From an uncultured Acidimicrobiia bacterium (GTDB taxonomy: Bacteria; Actinomycetota; Acidimicrobiia; Acidimicrobiales; AC-14), in contig CAWIIV010000011.1 of assembly GCA_963836205.1 (NCBI GenBank), forward strand, positions 135,903 through 199,902: a DNA stretch of 64,000 bases, written 5' to 3'. Below the pieces are notes generated by a model. That model did not search any database. It was not told the DNA's origin and saw nothing but the letters and a program-made list of their open reading frames with translations. Shown piece by piece: positions 34,292 to 55,023 of the stretch. Position numbers and translations under genes: made by a program. Within the stretch, counting starts at the first letter, position 1; the number at the start of each line of letters is the position of its first letter.

Positions 34292-35443
34292 TTGGTCGTA
34301 CTCGCCGCCGCCATGTCCTTGACGGCCGGCGTCACCGTGTCGGCCCGCGCCCAGACCCCGCCCTCGCCGCCCACCACCAAGGGGCTGCTCGAGCAGGTCC
34401 TCACCGACCTGCTCACGCCGGCCACCACGCCGCCGGCGCAGACGGCGGTGGCGGCGCCCGTTCCCCCCACCGTCCCCCCGCCGGCCGCCCCGCCGGCCGC
34501 GGCCCCGCCGGACACCACGGCCCCCGACACGTCGTCGCAGGTCATCCCGGCCGAGTACCAGGGCACGATCGACTGGAGCCGGGCCCGCAACCCGCGCTCG
34601 ACGACGGCCCTCCTCGACGCCCTCCGCCGCCTGGAGGACCTCGGCTTCACCGCCGAGGAGGCGGCAGTGATGGGCATGGGCCAGTTCCCGGTGGCCGGAC
34701 AGGCCGACTGGGAGGACGACTGGCACGATCCCCGCTTCGGCCCGCCGTTCCACCTCCACCAGGGCACCGACATCTTCGCCGAGCGGGGCACCCCCGTCAT
34801 CGCCCCCGAGGCCGGCACCGTCACCTTCACCGACGGAGGGCTCGGCGGACGCGGCGCCTACGTCACCACCGCCGACGGCACCGCCTATTACATGGCCCAC
34901 CTCAACGCCTATGCCGACTCGGTCTACAGCGGTGCGTCGGTCGAGCAGGGCGAAGTGGTGGCCTACGTGGGCAACACGGGCAACGCCGAGAACGGGGCGC
35001 CCCACCTCCACTTCGAGATCCGCCCCTACGGCGGGGGGGCCACCAACCCCAAGCCCATCCTCGACGACTGGCTGGCCACGGCCATCGACAACGTCCCCAC
35101 CGTGCTGGCCGCCTACGGGGTCAACGTCCCCCGGGCCATCACCTCGGCCGGGATGCTCCGTCGCTTCGACGAGGGCGGCCTGGCCGGGTCGGGACGTTCG
35201 CCGGAGACGGCCCTGCTGTGGGCATCGTCCGTGAGCGCGGGCGGCGGCACGCTGCGGGTGGCCGAGGTGGAGGCGGTGCGCATGGCCGGCTCCATCGACT
35301 GGGACCGGCGGGCCACCACCGCCCAGCTCCGGGCCGACGTCCTCCGGGAGGCACGGACGGTGGCCAGTTCGGTGCTCGTCCCCCTCACCCCACCGCTGGT
35401 GGTGGTGCTACTCGGCCCCGCCGTCAGTCACGGAAATTCTTGA
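34292..35443 (+). CDS. Secreted M23-family peptidase with Pro/Thr linker
   Basis: Signal-like N-terminus, HQGTD and PHLHFE zinc motifs; start uncertain. Confidence 0.85.
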   Translation: MVVLAAAMSLTAGVTVSARAQTPPSPPTTKGLLEQVLTDLLTPATTPPAQTAVAAPVPPTVPPPAAPPAAAPPDTTAPDTSSQVIPAEYQGTIDWSRARNPRSTTALLDALRRLEDLGFTAEEAAVMGMGQFPVAGQADWEDDWHDPRFGPPFHLHQGTDIFAERGTPVIAPEAGTVTFTDGGLGGRGAYVTTADGTAYYMAHLNAYADSVYSGASVEQGEVVAYVGNTGNAENGAPHLHFEIRPYGGGATNPKPILDDWLATAIDNVPTVLAAYGVNVPRAITSAGMLRRFDEGGLAGSGRSPETALLWASSVSAGGGTLRVAEVEAVRMAGSIDWDRRATTAQLRADVLREARTVASSVLVPLTPPLVVVLLGPAVSHGNS

Positions 35444-35912
35444 ACTGGAGCGGGATCCCGAAGTCGTGATCCTTGAGGGCGGCGATCACCGACTGGAGGT
35501 CGTCCCGCTTCTTGGCCGACACCCGCACCTGCTCGCCCTGGGTCTGTGACGACACGCCCTTGGGGGCGTGCTCCTTGACGAACCGGTTGACCTCGCGGGC
35601 CTTCACGTCGTTGATGCCGGCGGTGATGGTGGCCGTCTGGCGGACGGCGCCCTTCGACCCCTCCTCGATCTTGCCGTAGGTGAGGGATTTGAGCGACACC
35701 GTGCGCCGCACGAGCTTCTCCTCGAGGACCTGGACGAGGGCCCGCATGCGGTCCTCGGTGGCGGACTGGAGCTTGATCTCGCCGTCGCCCAGCTCGATCG
35801 ACGAGCCCGTGTCCTTGAAGTCGAAGCGGGTGCCGACCTCCCGCTGAGCCTGGTCGACGGCGTTGCGGACCTCCTGCAGGTCCACCTCGGAGACGACGTC
35901 GAAGGTGGGCAT
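35424..35912 (-). CDS. yajQ: YajQ family nucleotide/c-di-GMP-binding protein
   Basis: MPTFDVVSEVDLQEVRNAVDQA...PLQFKNFRD. Confidence 0.95.
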   Translation of the reverse strand: MPTFDVVSEVDLQEVRNAVDQAQREVGTRFDFKDTGSSIELGDGEIKLQSATEDRMRALVQVLEEKLVRRTVSLKSLTYGKIEEGSKGAVRQTATITAGINDVKAREVNRFVKEHAPKGVSSQTQGEQVRVSAKKRDDLQSVIAALKDHDFGIPLQFKNFRD

Positions 35913-35953
35913 CGGGTCAACGGTATCGTGTGCCCGCCTGCGTACTTCACAGG

Positions 35954-36035
35954 GGGTCGGTGCCCGAGCGGCCAAAGGGAGCAGACTGTAAATCTGCCGG
36001 CACAGCCTACGAAGGTTCGAATCCTTCCCGGCCCA
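35954..36035 (+). tRNA. tRNA-Tyr (GTA)
   Basis: Cloverleaf with GCAGA-CTGTAAA-TCTGC anticodon arm, long variable arm and GTTCGAATCC. Confidence 0.96.
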
Positions 36036-36135
36036 CACACCCATGCCCGTCCTCGGCATCGAGCGGCGGGCGGCGACGCCACCCCTCCGGCCGCGAGTCG
36101 AACTTCGACTCCTCCGAGCCCTACGCTCGGAGGCG

Positions 36136-36534
36136 ATGGAAGCCCCCCCGGTGTCCCGCCCGACGGCGCCGACGCGCTCGGCCGCCGACGTCCGGATGCG
36201 CCGCATCCTGCGCATCCCCGACGACGGGGCCCGGGCCAGCGCCCGCTCGGCCGAGAACGCCTTCTCGACGTCGGTGTTCATCTCCGCGGTCCGTTGCCTG
36301 CTCACGTACGTGGCGTTCCCGATCCTCGGCCCCGTCGTGGGTTTGGCGGGGGGCGTGGGACCGGTGGTGGGGCTGATCGTGGGCACGGTGTCGTTCGTCG
36401 CCATCGTGGCGTCGATGCGCCGCTTCTTCCGGGCCGACCACCGCTGGCGGTGGCGTTACACCGTGATCGGAGGCACCATCCTCGCCTTCCTTGTGGTCCA
36501 GGCGGTCATCGACGTGGCCGATCTCCTCGGCTGA
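36136..36534 (+). CDS. Hypothetical membrane protein (about 3 TM)
   Basis: GGAGG RBS; hydrophobic segments; SAVRCLLTYV. Confidence 0.65.
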   Translation: MEAPPVSRPTAPTRSAADVRMRRILRIPDDGARASARSAENAFSTSVFISAVRCLLTYVAFPILGPVVGLAGGVGPVVGLIVGTVSFVAIVASMRRFFRADHRWRWRYTVIGGTILAFLVVQAVIDVADLLG

Positions 36535-36535
36535 C

Positions 36536-36949
36536 ATGGCCCCCGCGGTTGCCTCCGGCCCGCGGCGCTGGCTGTGGTTCGGCGGCGGGCTGGTGTCGGT
36601 CGGACTGGGCGGGCTGGGCATCGTCGTCCCCGGGCTGCCGACGACCGTGTTCTTCATCGTGGCCGCCTCCTGCTTCGCCCGGTCCAGCCCCCGGTTCGAG
36701 GCGTGGGTGCTCGGACTGCCCCGCATCGGACCCATGGTGCGTGACCACCGGGCCGGCCTGGGCATGCCCCGCCGGGCCAAGAGATGGGCTCTCGGGACGA
36801 TGTGGCTGTTCGTCACCCTGAGCGTGTTCCTCACCCGGGGCGTGCCCGCGGTGGCGGGCGTGATCGTGGCGGTGGCGCTGGTGGGCACCTGGTACATCGT
36901 CCGCCGGGTGCCGACCCGGGAACGGGTGCTCGCGGGGGGCGAGGGCTAG
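36536..36949 (+). CDS. YbaN (DUF454) family membrane protein
   Basis: PGLPTTVFFIVAASCFARSSPRF motif. Confidence 0.85.
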   Translation: MAPAVASGPRRWLWFGGGLVSVGLGGLGIVVPGLPTTVFFIVAASCFARSSPRFEAWVLGLPRIGPMVRDHRAGLGMPRRAKRWALGTMWLFVTLSVFLTRGVPAVAGVIVAVALVGTWYIVRRVPTRERVLAGGEG

Positions 36950-36950
36950 C

Positions 36951-37760
36951 TCAGGCGGTGGACGGGCGGCGTTCCCGGGCCAGGGCGTCGACCCGGGGGT
37001 ACATCTTCTCCGCGTAGCGGATGTGGCGCAGCTTCTCGGCGAAGTCGAGGTGCTGGGGATCGTTGATCCCGAGCGCCTCCTCCAGGTTGGGAGTGACCAC
37101 CGTCTCCACCGGCAGCCCGTCGCCGGCCAGGATGCCGATCACGTCGGTGAGGTAGTACTCGCCCTGGCTGTTGGCCGCTCCGAGCCGGTCGAGGGCGCCC
37201 ATCAGGGCGGAGGCGTCGAAGCAGTAGGCCCCGACGTTCACCTCCCGCACCGCCAGCTGCTCGGCCGTGGCGTCCCGGGCCTCCACGATGGCGACGACCC
37301 GGCCGTCGGGGTCGCGCACGACCCGACCGAAGTCGGGCGGGTTCTCGAGCTCGATGGTGAGGACGACGGCGGCTGCGCCGGTCGCATCCCGGTGCTCGAC
37401 CACCCGCCCGATCGTCTCCGGCGTGAGCATGGGCATGTCGCCGTACAGGACGGCCACGTTGCCCTCGAAGCCGTCGAGGAACGACCGGGCCTGGACGACG
37501 GCGTGGCCGGTGCCCAGCTGCTCGTCCTGGAAGGCGAACTCGACACCGTCATAGGCGTCGTCGACGGCGTCGATCACCTGGTCGCGACCCACGCCGACCA
37601 CCAGGATGATGTCGTCGACCCCCGCGGCCATGGACGCCTCGATGCAGTGGATCACCATGGGCTTGCCATCCACCGGATGGAGGACCTTGGGCAGGTCGGA
37701 GCCCATGCGCTTGCCCTGGCCCGCGGCCAGGAGCACGGCCTTGGTGGCCCGGGTGGTCAT
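36951..37760 (-). CDS. Stand-alone GlmU N-terminal-type sugar-1-phosphate nucleotidyltransferase
   Basis: LAAGQGKRM..PKVLH, QLGTGHAV, YGDMP, GEYYLTD, GIND; ends without the hexapeptide acetyltransferase domain. Confidence 0.85.
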   Translation of the reverse strand: MTTRATKAVLLAAGQGKRMGSDLPKVLHPVDGKPMVIHCIEASMAAGVDDIILVVGVGRDQVIDAVDDAYDGVEFAFQDEQLGTGHAVVQARSFLDGFEGNVAVLYGDMPMLTPETIGRVVEHRDATGAAAVVLTIELENPPDFGRVVRDPDGRVVAIVEARDATAEQLAVREVNVGAYCFDASALMGALDRLGAANSQGEYYLTDVIGILAGDGLPVETVVTPNLEEALGINDPQHLDFAEKLRHIRYAEKMYPRVDALARERRPSTA

Positions 37761-38107
37761 GCGTCGACCGAGGGGCGGAAGCTGGCGATGGCCGCCTCCC
37801 GGGTCTCGAAGGAGTCGAAGACCTTGTTCAGGCGGGTCATGGCGAACATGACCTTCACCCACGTCGGGAACCCGCACAGCCGCACGTCGCCCGGCCCGAT
37901 GCGCACTCGCTTGAACATGTTCACCAGCTCGGCCAGCCCGGCACCGTCGACGACGACGACCCCGGACAGGTCGACGACGAAGTTGTGGACGCCGTCCGCC
38001 AGCAGCTCGCCGAAGGCCCGGTGGAGCTCCTCGGCGTGGGCCGCGTCGACGCTGCCCGCCAGGGCCACGACGGCGACGCCGTCCTCTCGCTCGGTCATGA
38101 CCTCCAT
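37757..38107 (-). CDS. STAS-domain (anti-sigma antagonist-like) protein
   Basis: LAGSVDAA, VVDLSGV..VDGAGL; ATGA-coupled to the nucleotidyltransferase. Confidence 0.85.
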   Translation of the reverse strand: MEVMTEREDGVAVVALAGSVDAAHAEELHRAFGELLADGVHNFVVDLSGVVVVDGAGLAELVNMFKRVRIGPGDVRLCGFPTWVKVMFAMTRLNKVFDSFETREAAIASFRPSVDA

Positions 38108-38152
38108 CCGGCGCCAACCTACCCGCCGCCGGCAGGGGCGCCGCGCCCCGCG

Positions 38153-38680
38153 TCAGAGCAGGCGTTCCATGAGGACGACGTCGAGCCAGCGGCCGAACTT
38201 GCGGCCGACCTCCCGCTCCACCCCGACCAACTCGAAACCGCACGACCGGTGGAGGGCGATCGACACCTGGTGGCCGTCGACGATGCGGGCCATCACCGCG
38301 TGGAACCCGTGGAGGGTCGCCAGCCGCAACAGCTCCTCGAGGATGGCCCGGCCGTAGCCCCGACCCTGGCGGTCACGGCGGACATAGAGGGAGTTCTCGA
38401 CGGTGGTGGCGTAGGCGGGACGGGACCGGTAGGGGGCGAGGCAGCCGAACCCGGCGACGACGCCCTCCTTGGTCTCGCCTCCCTCGACCACGACGACGGC
38501 GGGATGGACCCCGGCATGCTCGGCCAGCCATGCCCGTTGGCCTGCGACCGTGCGCGGGACGAGGTCGAACGTCACCGTCGACTCGGCGACCTCGAGGTTG
38601 TAGATGGCGCGGATGGCCTCGGCGTCGTCGGGCCCGGCCAGCCTGATCTCGAAGGCGCGGTCGGACCGGCTGGCTATCAT
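38153..38680 (-). CDS. GNAT acetyltransferase, YncA/phosphinothricin-acetyltransferase-like
   Basis: AIYN..V...TVTF, YRSRPAY..TVENSLY, QGRGYG, VGRKFGRWLD. Confidence 0.88.
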   Translation of the reverse strand: MIASRSDRAFEIRLAGPDDAEAIRAIYNLEVAESTVTFDLVPRTVAGQRAWLAEHAGVHPAVVVVEGGETKEGVVAGFGCLAPYRSRPAYATTVENSLYVRRDRQGRGYGRAILEELLRLATLHGFHAVMARIVDGHQVSIALHRSCGFELVGVEREVGRKFGRWLDVVLMERLL

Positions 38681-38752
38681 CGGGCAGGACAGGTCATCGG
38701 GCAGGACAGGTCATCGGGCAGGACACGTCATCGGGCAAGACACGTCATCGGG
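38677..38752. repeat. 17-bp tandem repeat x4.5 (TCATCGGGCAGGACAGG) over the GNAT start
   Basis: Copies at 38677, 38694, 38711, 38728 and a partial copy at 38745, with progressive divergence. Confidence 0.92.
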
Positions 38753-38760
38753 AAGATCCC

Positions 38761-38833
38761 GCCCCCTTAGCTCAGTCGGCAGAGCACAGCCATGGTAAGG
38801 CTGGTGTCGTCGGTTCGATTCCGACAGGGGGCT
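38761..38833 (+). tRNA. tRNA-Thr (GGT)
   Basis: CAGCC-ATGGTAA-GGCTG anticodon arm; acceptor GCCCCCT/AGGGGGC. Confidence 0.95.
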
Positions 38834-38924
38834 CGCACGTCCGCCGCCCGACCCGTGAGGCGACGGGCCGGACGGCTTGTAGGCTAGGGGCCTCGGGGCC
38901 GTGTCCCCGGGTTTCAGCCCGCCA

Positions 38925-38998
38925 GGCGGCGTAGCTCAGTTGGTAAGAGCACTCGGCTCATAATCGAGGGGTCGGCGGTTCGAGTCCGCCCGCCGCTA
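38925..38998 (+). tRNA. tRNA with CAT anticodon (likely elongator Met)
   Basis: CTCGG-CTCATAA-TCGAG arm; TAGCTCAG and GTTCGAGTCC. Confidence 0.92.
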
Positions 38999-39023
38999 CC
39001 GCACGAGAGGGGTAGCAACCACA

Positions 39024-40211
<1,188 letters not shown>

Positions 40212-40245
40212 CCGTCGGGGGGGCTGGGGAACGCCCCCCCGACGG
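40212..40245 (+). terminator. 13-bp-stem hairpin after tuf
   Basis: CCGTCGGGGGGGC...GCCCCCCCGACGG. Confidence 0.65.
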
Positions 40246-40412
40246 CCCCCCCAAGGTCAAGGTCAAAGGCAAAGGCTCGGGAGCGCCTTCGGCGCACTGA
40301 TTTTTGTTCCGGACAGCCGCATCGGCCCTTCGGGCCTGGCTGTCCGGCGGCGTGGCCGGGACCGGGTGGGGCATGGCAGAGTGGAGCTACGTGACCGAAA
40401 GGAAAGCCCGGG

Positions 40413-40577
40413 ATGGCAAAGGGCGAGAAGCGGGTCAAGATCACGCTCGCGTGCGAGCAGTGCAAGCGCCGCAACTACATAACGATGAAGAACAAGCAGA
40501 ACGACCGCGAGCGGATGGAGATCAAGAAGTACTGCAAGTGGGATCGGACGCACACCACCCACCGGGAGACCCGCTAG
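40413..40577 (+). CDS. rpmG: 50S ribosomal protein L33
   Basis: [41 protein letters not shown]...HRETR (below the ORF-track length cutoff). Confidence 0.96.
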   Translation: MAKGEKRVKITLACEQCKRRNYITMKNKQNDRERMEIKKYCKWDRTHTTHRETR

Positions 40578-40625
40578 CCGACGACCCCGCCCCCGGTTTC
40601 GACGGCGACCTCGAGGTCGACCCCT

Positions 40626-40683
40626 CCGAGATCGACGGCCCCGAAATTGACGGCCCCGAAATTGACGGCCCCGAAATTGACGG
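40626..40683 (+). repeat. 15-bp tandem repeat, about 4 copies (CCGAAATTGACGGCC)
   Basis: Read directly between rpmG and the sigma gene. Confidence 0.85.
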
Positions 40684-40741
40684 TGACGAGTTCGAGGAGC
40701 CTTTCCGTAACCTTTCCGGCGCGGACGGGGTCGTAGTCCCG

Positions 40742-41317
40742 GTGATTCCAGCTGAAGAGGCTGCCTTGGTGGATCGGGCCAAAGCGGGCGACGTCCATGC
40801 CTTCGCCGAGTTGGTCCGCACCACCCAGGCCGAGGTCTACACGCTGGCCTACCGGCTCACCGGGAACGACGACGACGCGCGCGACGTCGCCCAGGACGCC
40901 TACCTCCGGGCCTTTCGAGGCTTGAAGCGGTTCCGGGGCGATGCCCGCTTCTCCACCTGGATGTACCGGATCACGGCCAACTGCGCGTCGACCCACCTGT
41001 CCCGCCGGTCGAAGGCCGGCCACGACGAGCTGTCCGACGACGACGCCCTGCCCGACGAGCGGCCTGAATCCAACCCCGAGGGGATGGCCGAGGCCGGCGC
41101 CCTGCGCGACCGGATGACGGCCGCCCTGGCCGAGCTGCCGCCGCCGTTGCGCACCGTCGTCGTCCTCCGCGACGTCTACGACCTTCCTCACGAGGCCATC
41201 GCCTCGGAGCTGGGGATCACCGAAGCGGCGGCCAAGGTCCGGTTGCACCGGGCCCGCCGGAAGCTGCGTGAGCGGCTGTTTCCCATGCCCGGAGAGGAGA
41301 AGGCCCGTGCGGTCTAA
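40742..41317 (+). CDS. ECF RNA polymerase sigma factor
   Basis: DARDVAQDAYLRAF, FSTWMYRITAN, KVRLHRAR; start GTG 40742 inferred. Confidence 0.9.
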   Translation: MIPAEEAALVDRAKAGDVHAFAELVRTTQAEVYTLAYRLTGNDDDARDVAQDAYLRAFRGLKRFRGDARFSTWMYRITANCASTHLSRRSKAGHDELSDDDALPDERPESNPEGMAEAGALRDRMTAALAELPPPLRTVVVLRDVYDLPHEAIASELGITEAAAKVRLHRARRKLRERLFPMPGEEKARAV

Positions 41318-41732
41318 GTTCGGTGTTCGTACGGAGCCGGTGACCACCGCGGGTCGGTCCCGCGGCGGGGTGTCGTGCGCGGCGGTGGCCACGGCCCTGC
41401 CGGGCATCGTCGACGGCCTCGACGTGGCCGACCTCGACCTGCGCCGTCACGTCGAGACCTGCCTGCGCTGCCAGGCCGAGCTGGCCCAGTACCGCAAGGT
41501 GCTGCGGGCGCTGCACCAGCTCCGCACCGAGCTGCTCGAGCCCAGCCCCGGCCTGCTGCCCGACATCCTCGTCGCCCTGGAGGCGGCCGGGGAGCGGGGC
41601 GCCATGCGATTCCTCCTCAGCGGCCGCCGGGCCGCCTACCTGGGCGGCATCGCCGCCGCCACCGCCGCCGGCGCGGCCGGCGCCATCGTGCTCGCCAGCC
41701 GCCGCCACCGCCGGGTCGCCGTCGCCAGCTAG
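41307..41732 (+). CDS. Zinc-binding anti-sigma factor (ZAS / zf-HC2)
   Basis: HVETCLRC motif; C-terminal hydrophobic segment; directly after the ECF gene. Confidence 0.82.
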   Translation: MRSKFGVRTEPVTTAGRSRGGVSCAAVATALPGIVDGLDVADLDLRRHVETCLRCQAELAQYRKVLRALHQLRTELLEPSPGLLPDILVALEAAGERGAMRFLLSGRRAAYLGGIAAATAAGAAGAIVLASRRHRRVAVAS

Positions 41733-41814
41733 CGGTCGCGCCCGCGACCCCCGCCTCTACGGGTCGGCGGGGCCTGAGCTATCCTCGGTGTACCCACGCC
41801 CCCCGGGCTGACCC

Positions 41815-41887
41815 AGGGCAGTAGCTCAACTGGTAGAGCACCGGTCTCCAAAACCGGCGGTTGGGGGTTCGAGTCCCTCCTGCCCTG
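41815..41887 (+). tRNA. tRNA-Trp (CCA)
   Basis: CCGGT-CTCCAAA-ACCGG arm; located before secE. Confidence 0.96.
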
Positions 41888-41923
41888 CTGGTTATCGAGA
41901 CCACCGCGTCCCAAGAGGTAATC

Positions 41924-42214
41924 GTGAACCGACAGATGAAGCGGATGATGCAGCGTCAGGGCCAACTCGACCCTGACGGCTCGCCCGCGCGTCGCGAGCC
42001 CACCAGGCCGGCGGCTCGACCCCCCAAGGAGCGGATCGGCGCCGCCGAATACTTCCGCCAGGTCCGGGCCGAGCTGCGCAAGGTGGCCTGGCCCACCCGG
42101 GCCGAGGTCATCCACTACTCGATCATCGTCCTGATCGCGCTGCTGATCCTCACCGCCCTGATCTTCGGCCTCGACTTCCTGTTCGGGAAGATCGTCATCT
42201 TCCTCTTCCAGTGA
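41924..42214 (+). CDS. secE: Preprotein translocase subunit SecE
   Basis: ELRKVAWPTR plus a single TM segment. Confidence 0.95.
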   Translation: MNRQMKRMMQRQGQLDPDGSPARREPTRPAARPPKERIGAAEYFRQVRAELRKVAWPTRAEVIHYSIIVLIALLILTALIFGLDFLFGKIVIFLFQ

Positions 42215-42241
42215 GCCTGTTTCCTCTTCCAGTGAGCCTGT
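42200..42241 (+). repeat. 21-bp direct duplication spanning the secE stop
   Basis: TTCCTCTTCCAGTGAGCCTGT x2. Confidence 0.9.
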
Positions 42242-42247
42242 GACCCT

Positions 42248-42991
42248 ATGAGCGACACCGATCCCACCCCCGACATCCTGGCCACCGCCTCCCTGGGCGA
42301 CCCCGACGAGGCCGCGGCCGCGGCGGTCGAGGCCCCGGAGGCCGTCCCCGACCAGGCCGACGCCCCGCCCGAGCCGTCGATCGTCTTCGACGACGGCCTG
42401 GCCGACGACGAGGAGGAGATCGAGGCTCCCGTCGAGAGTCCCTACGACCGCCCCGGCTCGTGGTACGTGGTCCACACCTACGCCGGCTACGAGAACAAGG
42501 TGAAGTCCAACCTCCAGAGCCGGATCGCCTCCATGAACATGGAGGACCGCATCTTCGAGTGCGTCATCCCCATGGAGGACGTCATCGAGTTCAAGGGCGG
42601 CAAGCGGGTCACCGTGCAGAAGAAGGTGTTCCCCGGCTATCTCCTCGTCCGCTGCGAGCTCGACGACGACTCGTGGCGGGTCGTGCGCAACACGCCCGGC
42701 GTCACCGGGTTCGTGGGCCTGGGCGCCAAGCCCACGCCGCTGTCCCGCAAAGAGGTGGAGAGCATCCTCCAGGTGCAGTCGGGCGGTACCGAGGGCGTCA
42801 CCCGCAAGCCCGCCCGCCGGCCGATGTACGAGGTGGGCGAGAGCGTCCGGGTCCGGGAAGGGCCCTTCGCCGACTTCTCCGGCCAGATCGCCGAGATCAA
42901 CGAGGACCAGCTCAAGCTCAAGGTCCTGGTCAACATCTTCGGCCGGGAGACCCCGGTCGAGCTCGAGTTCAGCCAAGTAGCGAAGCTGTGA
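42248..42991 (+). CDS. nusG: Transcription factor NusG with acidic N-terminal extension
   Basis: [28 protein letters not shown]. Confidence 0.98.
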   Translation: MSDTDPTPDILATASLGDPDEAAAAAVEAPEAVPDQADAPPEPSIVFDDGLADDEEEIEAPVESPYDRPGSWYVVHTYAGYENKVKSNLQSRIASMNMEDRIFECVIPMEDVIEFKGGKRVTVQKKVFPGYLLVRCELDDDSWRVVRNTPGVTGFVGLGAKPTPLSRKEVESILQVQSGGTEGVTRKPARRPMYEVGESVRVREGPFADFSGQIAEINEDQLKLKVLVNIFGRETPVELEFSQVAKL

Positions 42992-43007
42992 TGGGAGTCA
43001 GTAGGTA

Positions 43008-43436
43008 ATGGGGAAGCGTCGAGTTGCCGCCATCGTGCGGATTCAGATCCCGGCCGGTGCGGCGACGCCTGCGCCGCCGGTAGGAACCGCCCTTGGCCCC
43101 CACGGGGTCAACATCATGGAGTTCTGCAAGCAGTACAACGCCGCCAGCGAGAGCCAGCGGGGCACGGTCGTGCCGGCCGAGATCACCGTCTTCGAGGACC
43201 GGTCGTTCACCTTCGTCCTCAAGACGCCGCCCACGCCGGTGCTGATCCGGGCCGCGGCCGCGGTCATCAAGGGGGCCACCAACCCGGGCAAGGAGACGGT
43301 GGGGTCGATCACCGACGCCCAGCTCACCGAGATCGCCAAGCAGAAGATGCCCGACCTCAACGCCAATGACCTGGAGGCGGCCCGCCTGCAGGTGGCGGGC
43401 ACGGCCCGTTCGATGGGGATCACGGTGGCCCGATGA
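43008..43436 (+). CDS. rplK: 50S ribosomal protein L11
   Basis: [23 protein letters not shown]. Confidence 0.98.
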   Translation: MGKRRVAAIVRIQIPAGAATPAPPVGTALGPHGVNIMEFCKQYNAASESQRGTVVPAEITVFEDRSFTFVLKTPPTPVLIRAAAAVIKGATNPGKETVGSITDAQLTEIAKQKMPDLNANDLEAARLQVAGTARSMGITVAR

Positions 43437-44167
43437 CCCACACCCAGAAGGACTCCAAGAAGTACACCGACGCCGTCCGCCGGTTCGACAAGGCGCGCCT
43501 GCACGCACCGGGCGAGGCGGTCGACCTGGTCAAGAACCTGGCGTCGGCCAAGTTCGACGAGACCGTCGAGCTGGCGGTGCGGCTGGGCGTCGACCCCCGC
43601 AAGGCCGACCAGATCGTCCGGGGGACGGTGGGGCTGCCGGCAGGCACGGGCAAGGAGGTCCGGGTGGTCGTGTTCGCGGCCGGCCCGGCCGCCGACGAGG
43701 CCCGGGAGGCAGGAGCCGACGTCGTCGGCGCCGACGACCTCGTGGCCCGGGTCCAGGGTGGCTTCCTCGACTTCGACGTGGCCATCGCCACCCCCGACCT
43801 CATGGGCCAGGTGGGCAAGCTGGGCCGCGTCCTCGGTCCCCGCGGCCTCATGCCCAACCCCAAGACGGGCACCGTCACCATGGACGTCGGCCGGGCCGTG
43901 CGCGAGTTCAAGGGCGGCCGGGTGGAGTACCGCACCGACCGCTACGGCAACATCCACGTCCCCATCGGCAAGGTCAGCTTCGACCGCAAGGCCCTCCTCA
44001 CCAACCTGCGGGCGGTGGTGGAGGAGCTCGGGCGGGTCAAGCCGGCCTCGGCCAAAGGCAGGTACATGCGGGGCATCACGGTGTCGTCCACCATGGGCCC
44101 GGGCGTCAAGCTCGACGCCGGGAACCCGGTGCGCGCGGTCGACGACGAGCTGGCCGCAGCCACCTAG
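43433..44167 (+). CDS. rplA: 50S ribosomal protein L1
   Basis: [28 protein letters not shown]. Confidence 0.98.
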   Translation: MTHTQKDSKKYTDAVRRFDKARLHAPGEAVDLVKNLASAKFDETVELAVRLGVDPRKADQIVRGTVGLPAGTGKEVRVVVFAAGPAADEAREAGADVVGADDLVARVQGGFLDFDVAIATPDLMGQVGKLGRVLGPRGLMPNPKTGTVTMDVGRAVREFKGGRVEYRTDRYGNIHVPIGKVSFDRKALLTNLRAVVEELGRVKPASAKGRYMRGITVSSTMGPGVKLDAGNPVRAVDDELAAAT

Positions 44168-44246
44168 CGCGGGCCGAACCTCGGCCACCCTCAACCTCAA
44201 CCTCGACCTCGGGGTTTGAGGTTTTCCACAGCCAGCCGCAAGAACC

Positions 44247-44275
44247 TTGGAACGGCCGCGCCCGGGCGGTAGTCT
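44247..44275 (+). promoter_or_regulatory. Putative housekeeping sigma promoter for the giant gene
   Basis: TTGGAA-17 nt-TAGTCT about 95 nt before ATG 44371. Confidence 0.5.
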
Positions 44276-44370
44276 CCCGCCCTCTGCCCTTTCGCGGCGA
44301 ACGCCGTGCGTTTCCGTGCCAGGGGGGAGGACAGCGGCGATCAGGCTTGCCGAGCTGGGGAGACGAGACC

Positions 44371-54857
<10,487 letters not shown>

Positions 54858-54891
54858 CCGCCCCGTAGTACCCTGTACCGACAACCAAGAT

Positions 54892-54968
54892 CGCCGTAGA
54901 CATTCGGTGCGCTAGGCGCGTAAGCGGTTCGGTCCGGAGCGATCCGGCGGGACCCGCCCAACGAGGCG
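54892..54968 (+). ncRNA. L10 leader (rplJL autoregulatory RNA)
   Basis: CGCCGTAGAC...TAA...CGAGGCG pattern typical of L10 leaders, directly upstream of rplJ. Confidence 0.65.
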
Positions 54969-55023
54969 TGGACAGCCCTCCCGGGACGTTCGCGCGCCAC
55001 CACGCCCGAGGAGGAGGGGCCGT

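Noticed and set aside
38677-38752. Possible mini-CRISPR or att site beside tRNA-Thr
   Set aside because: Spacerless 17-bp tandem repeat unrelated to the tRNA 3' end; no integrase nearby.
35954-38760. Genomic island integrated at tRNA-Tyr
   Set aside because: No integrase, no duplicated tRNA end and no obvious composition shift.
40304-40741. Long N-terminal extension of the ECF sigma factor as given in the ORF track
   Set aside because: It overlaps rpmG in another frame and a tandem repeat; sigma homology starts near 40742.
44222-44230. DnaA-box-like TTTTCCACA (also TGTGGAGAA at about 58911)
   Set aside because: Isolated single-mismatch hits, with no cluster or AT-rich unwinding region.
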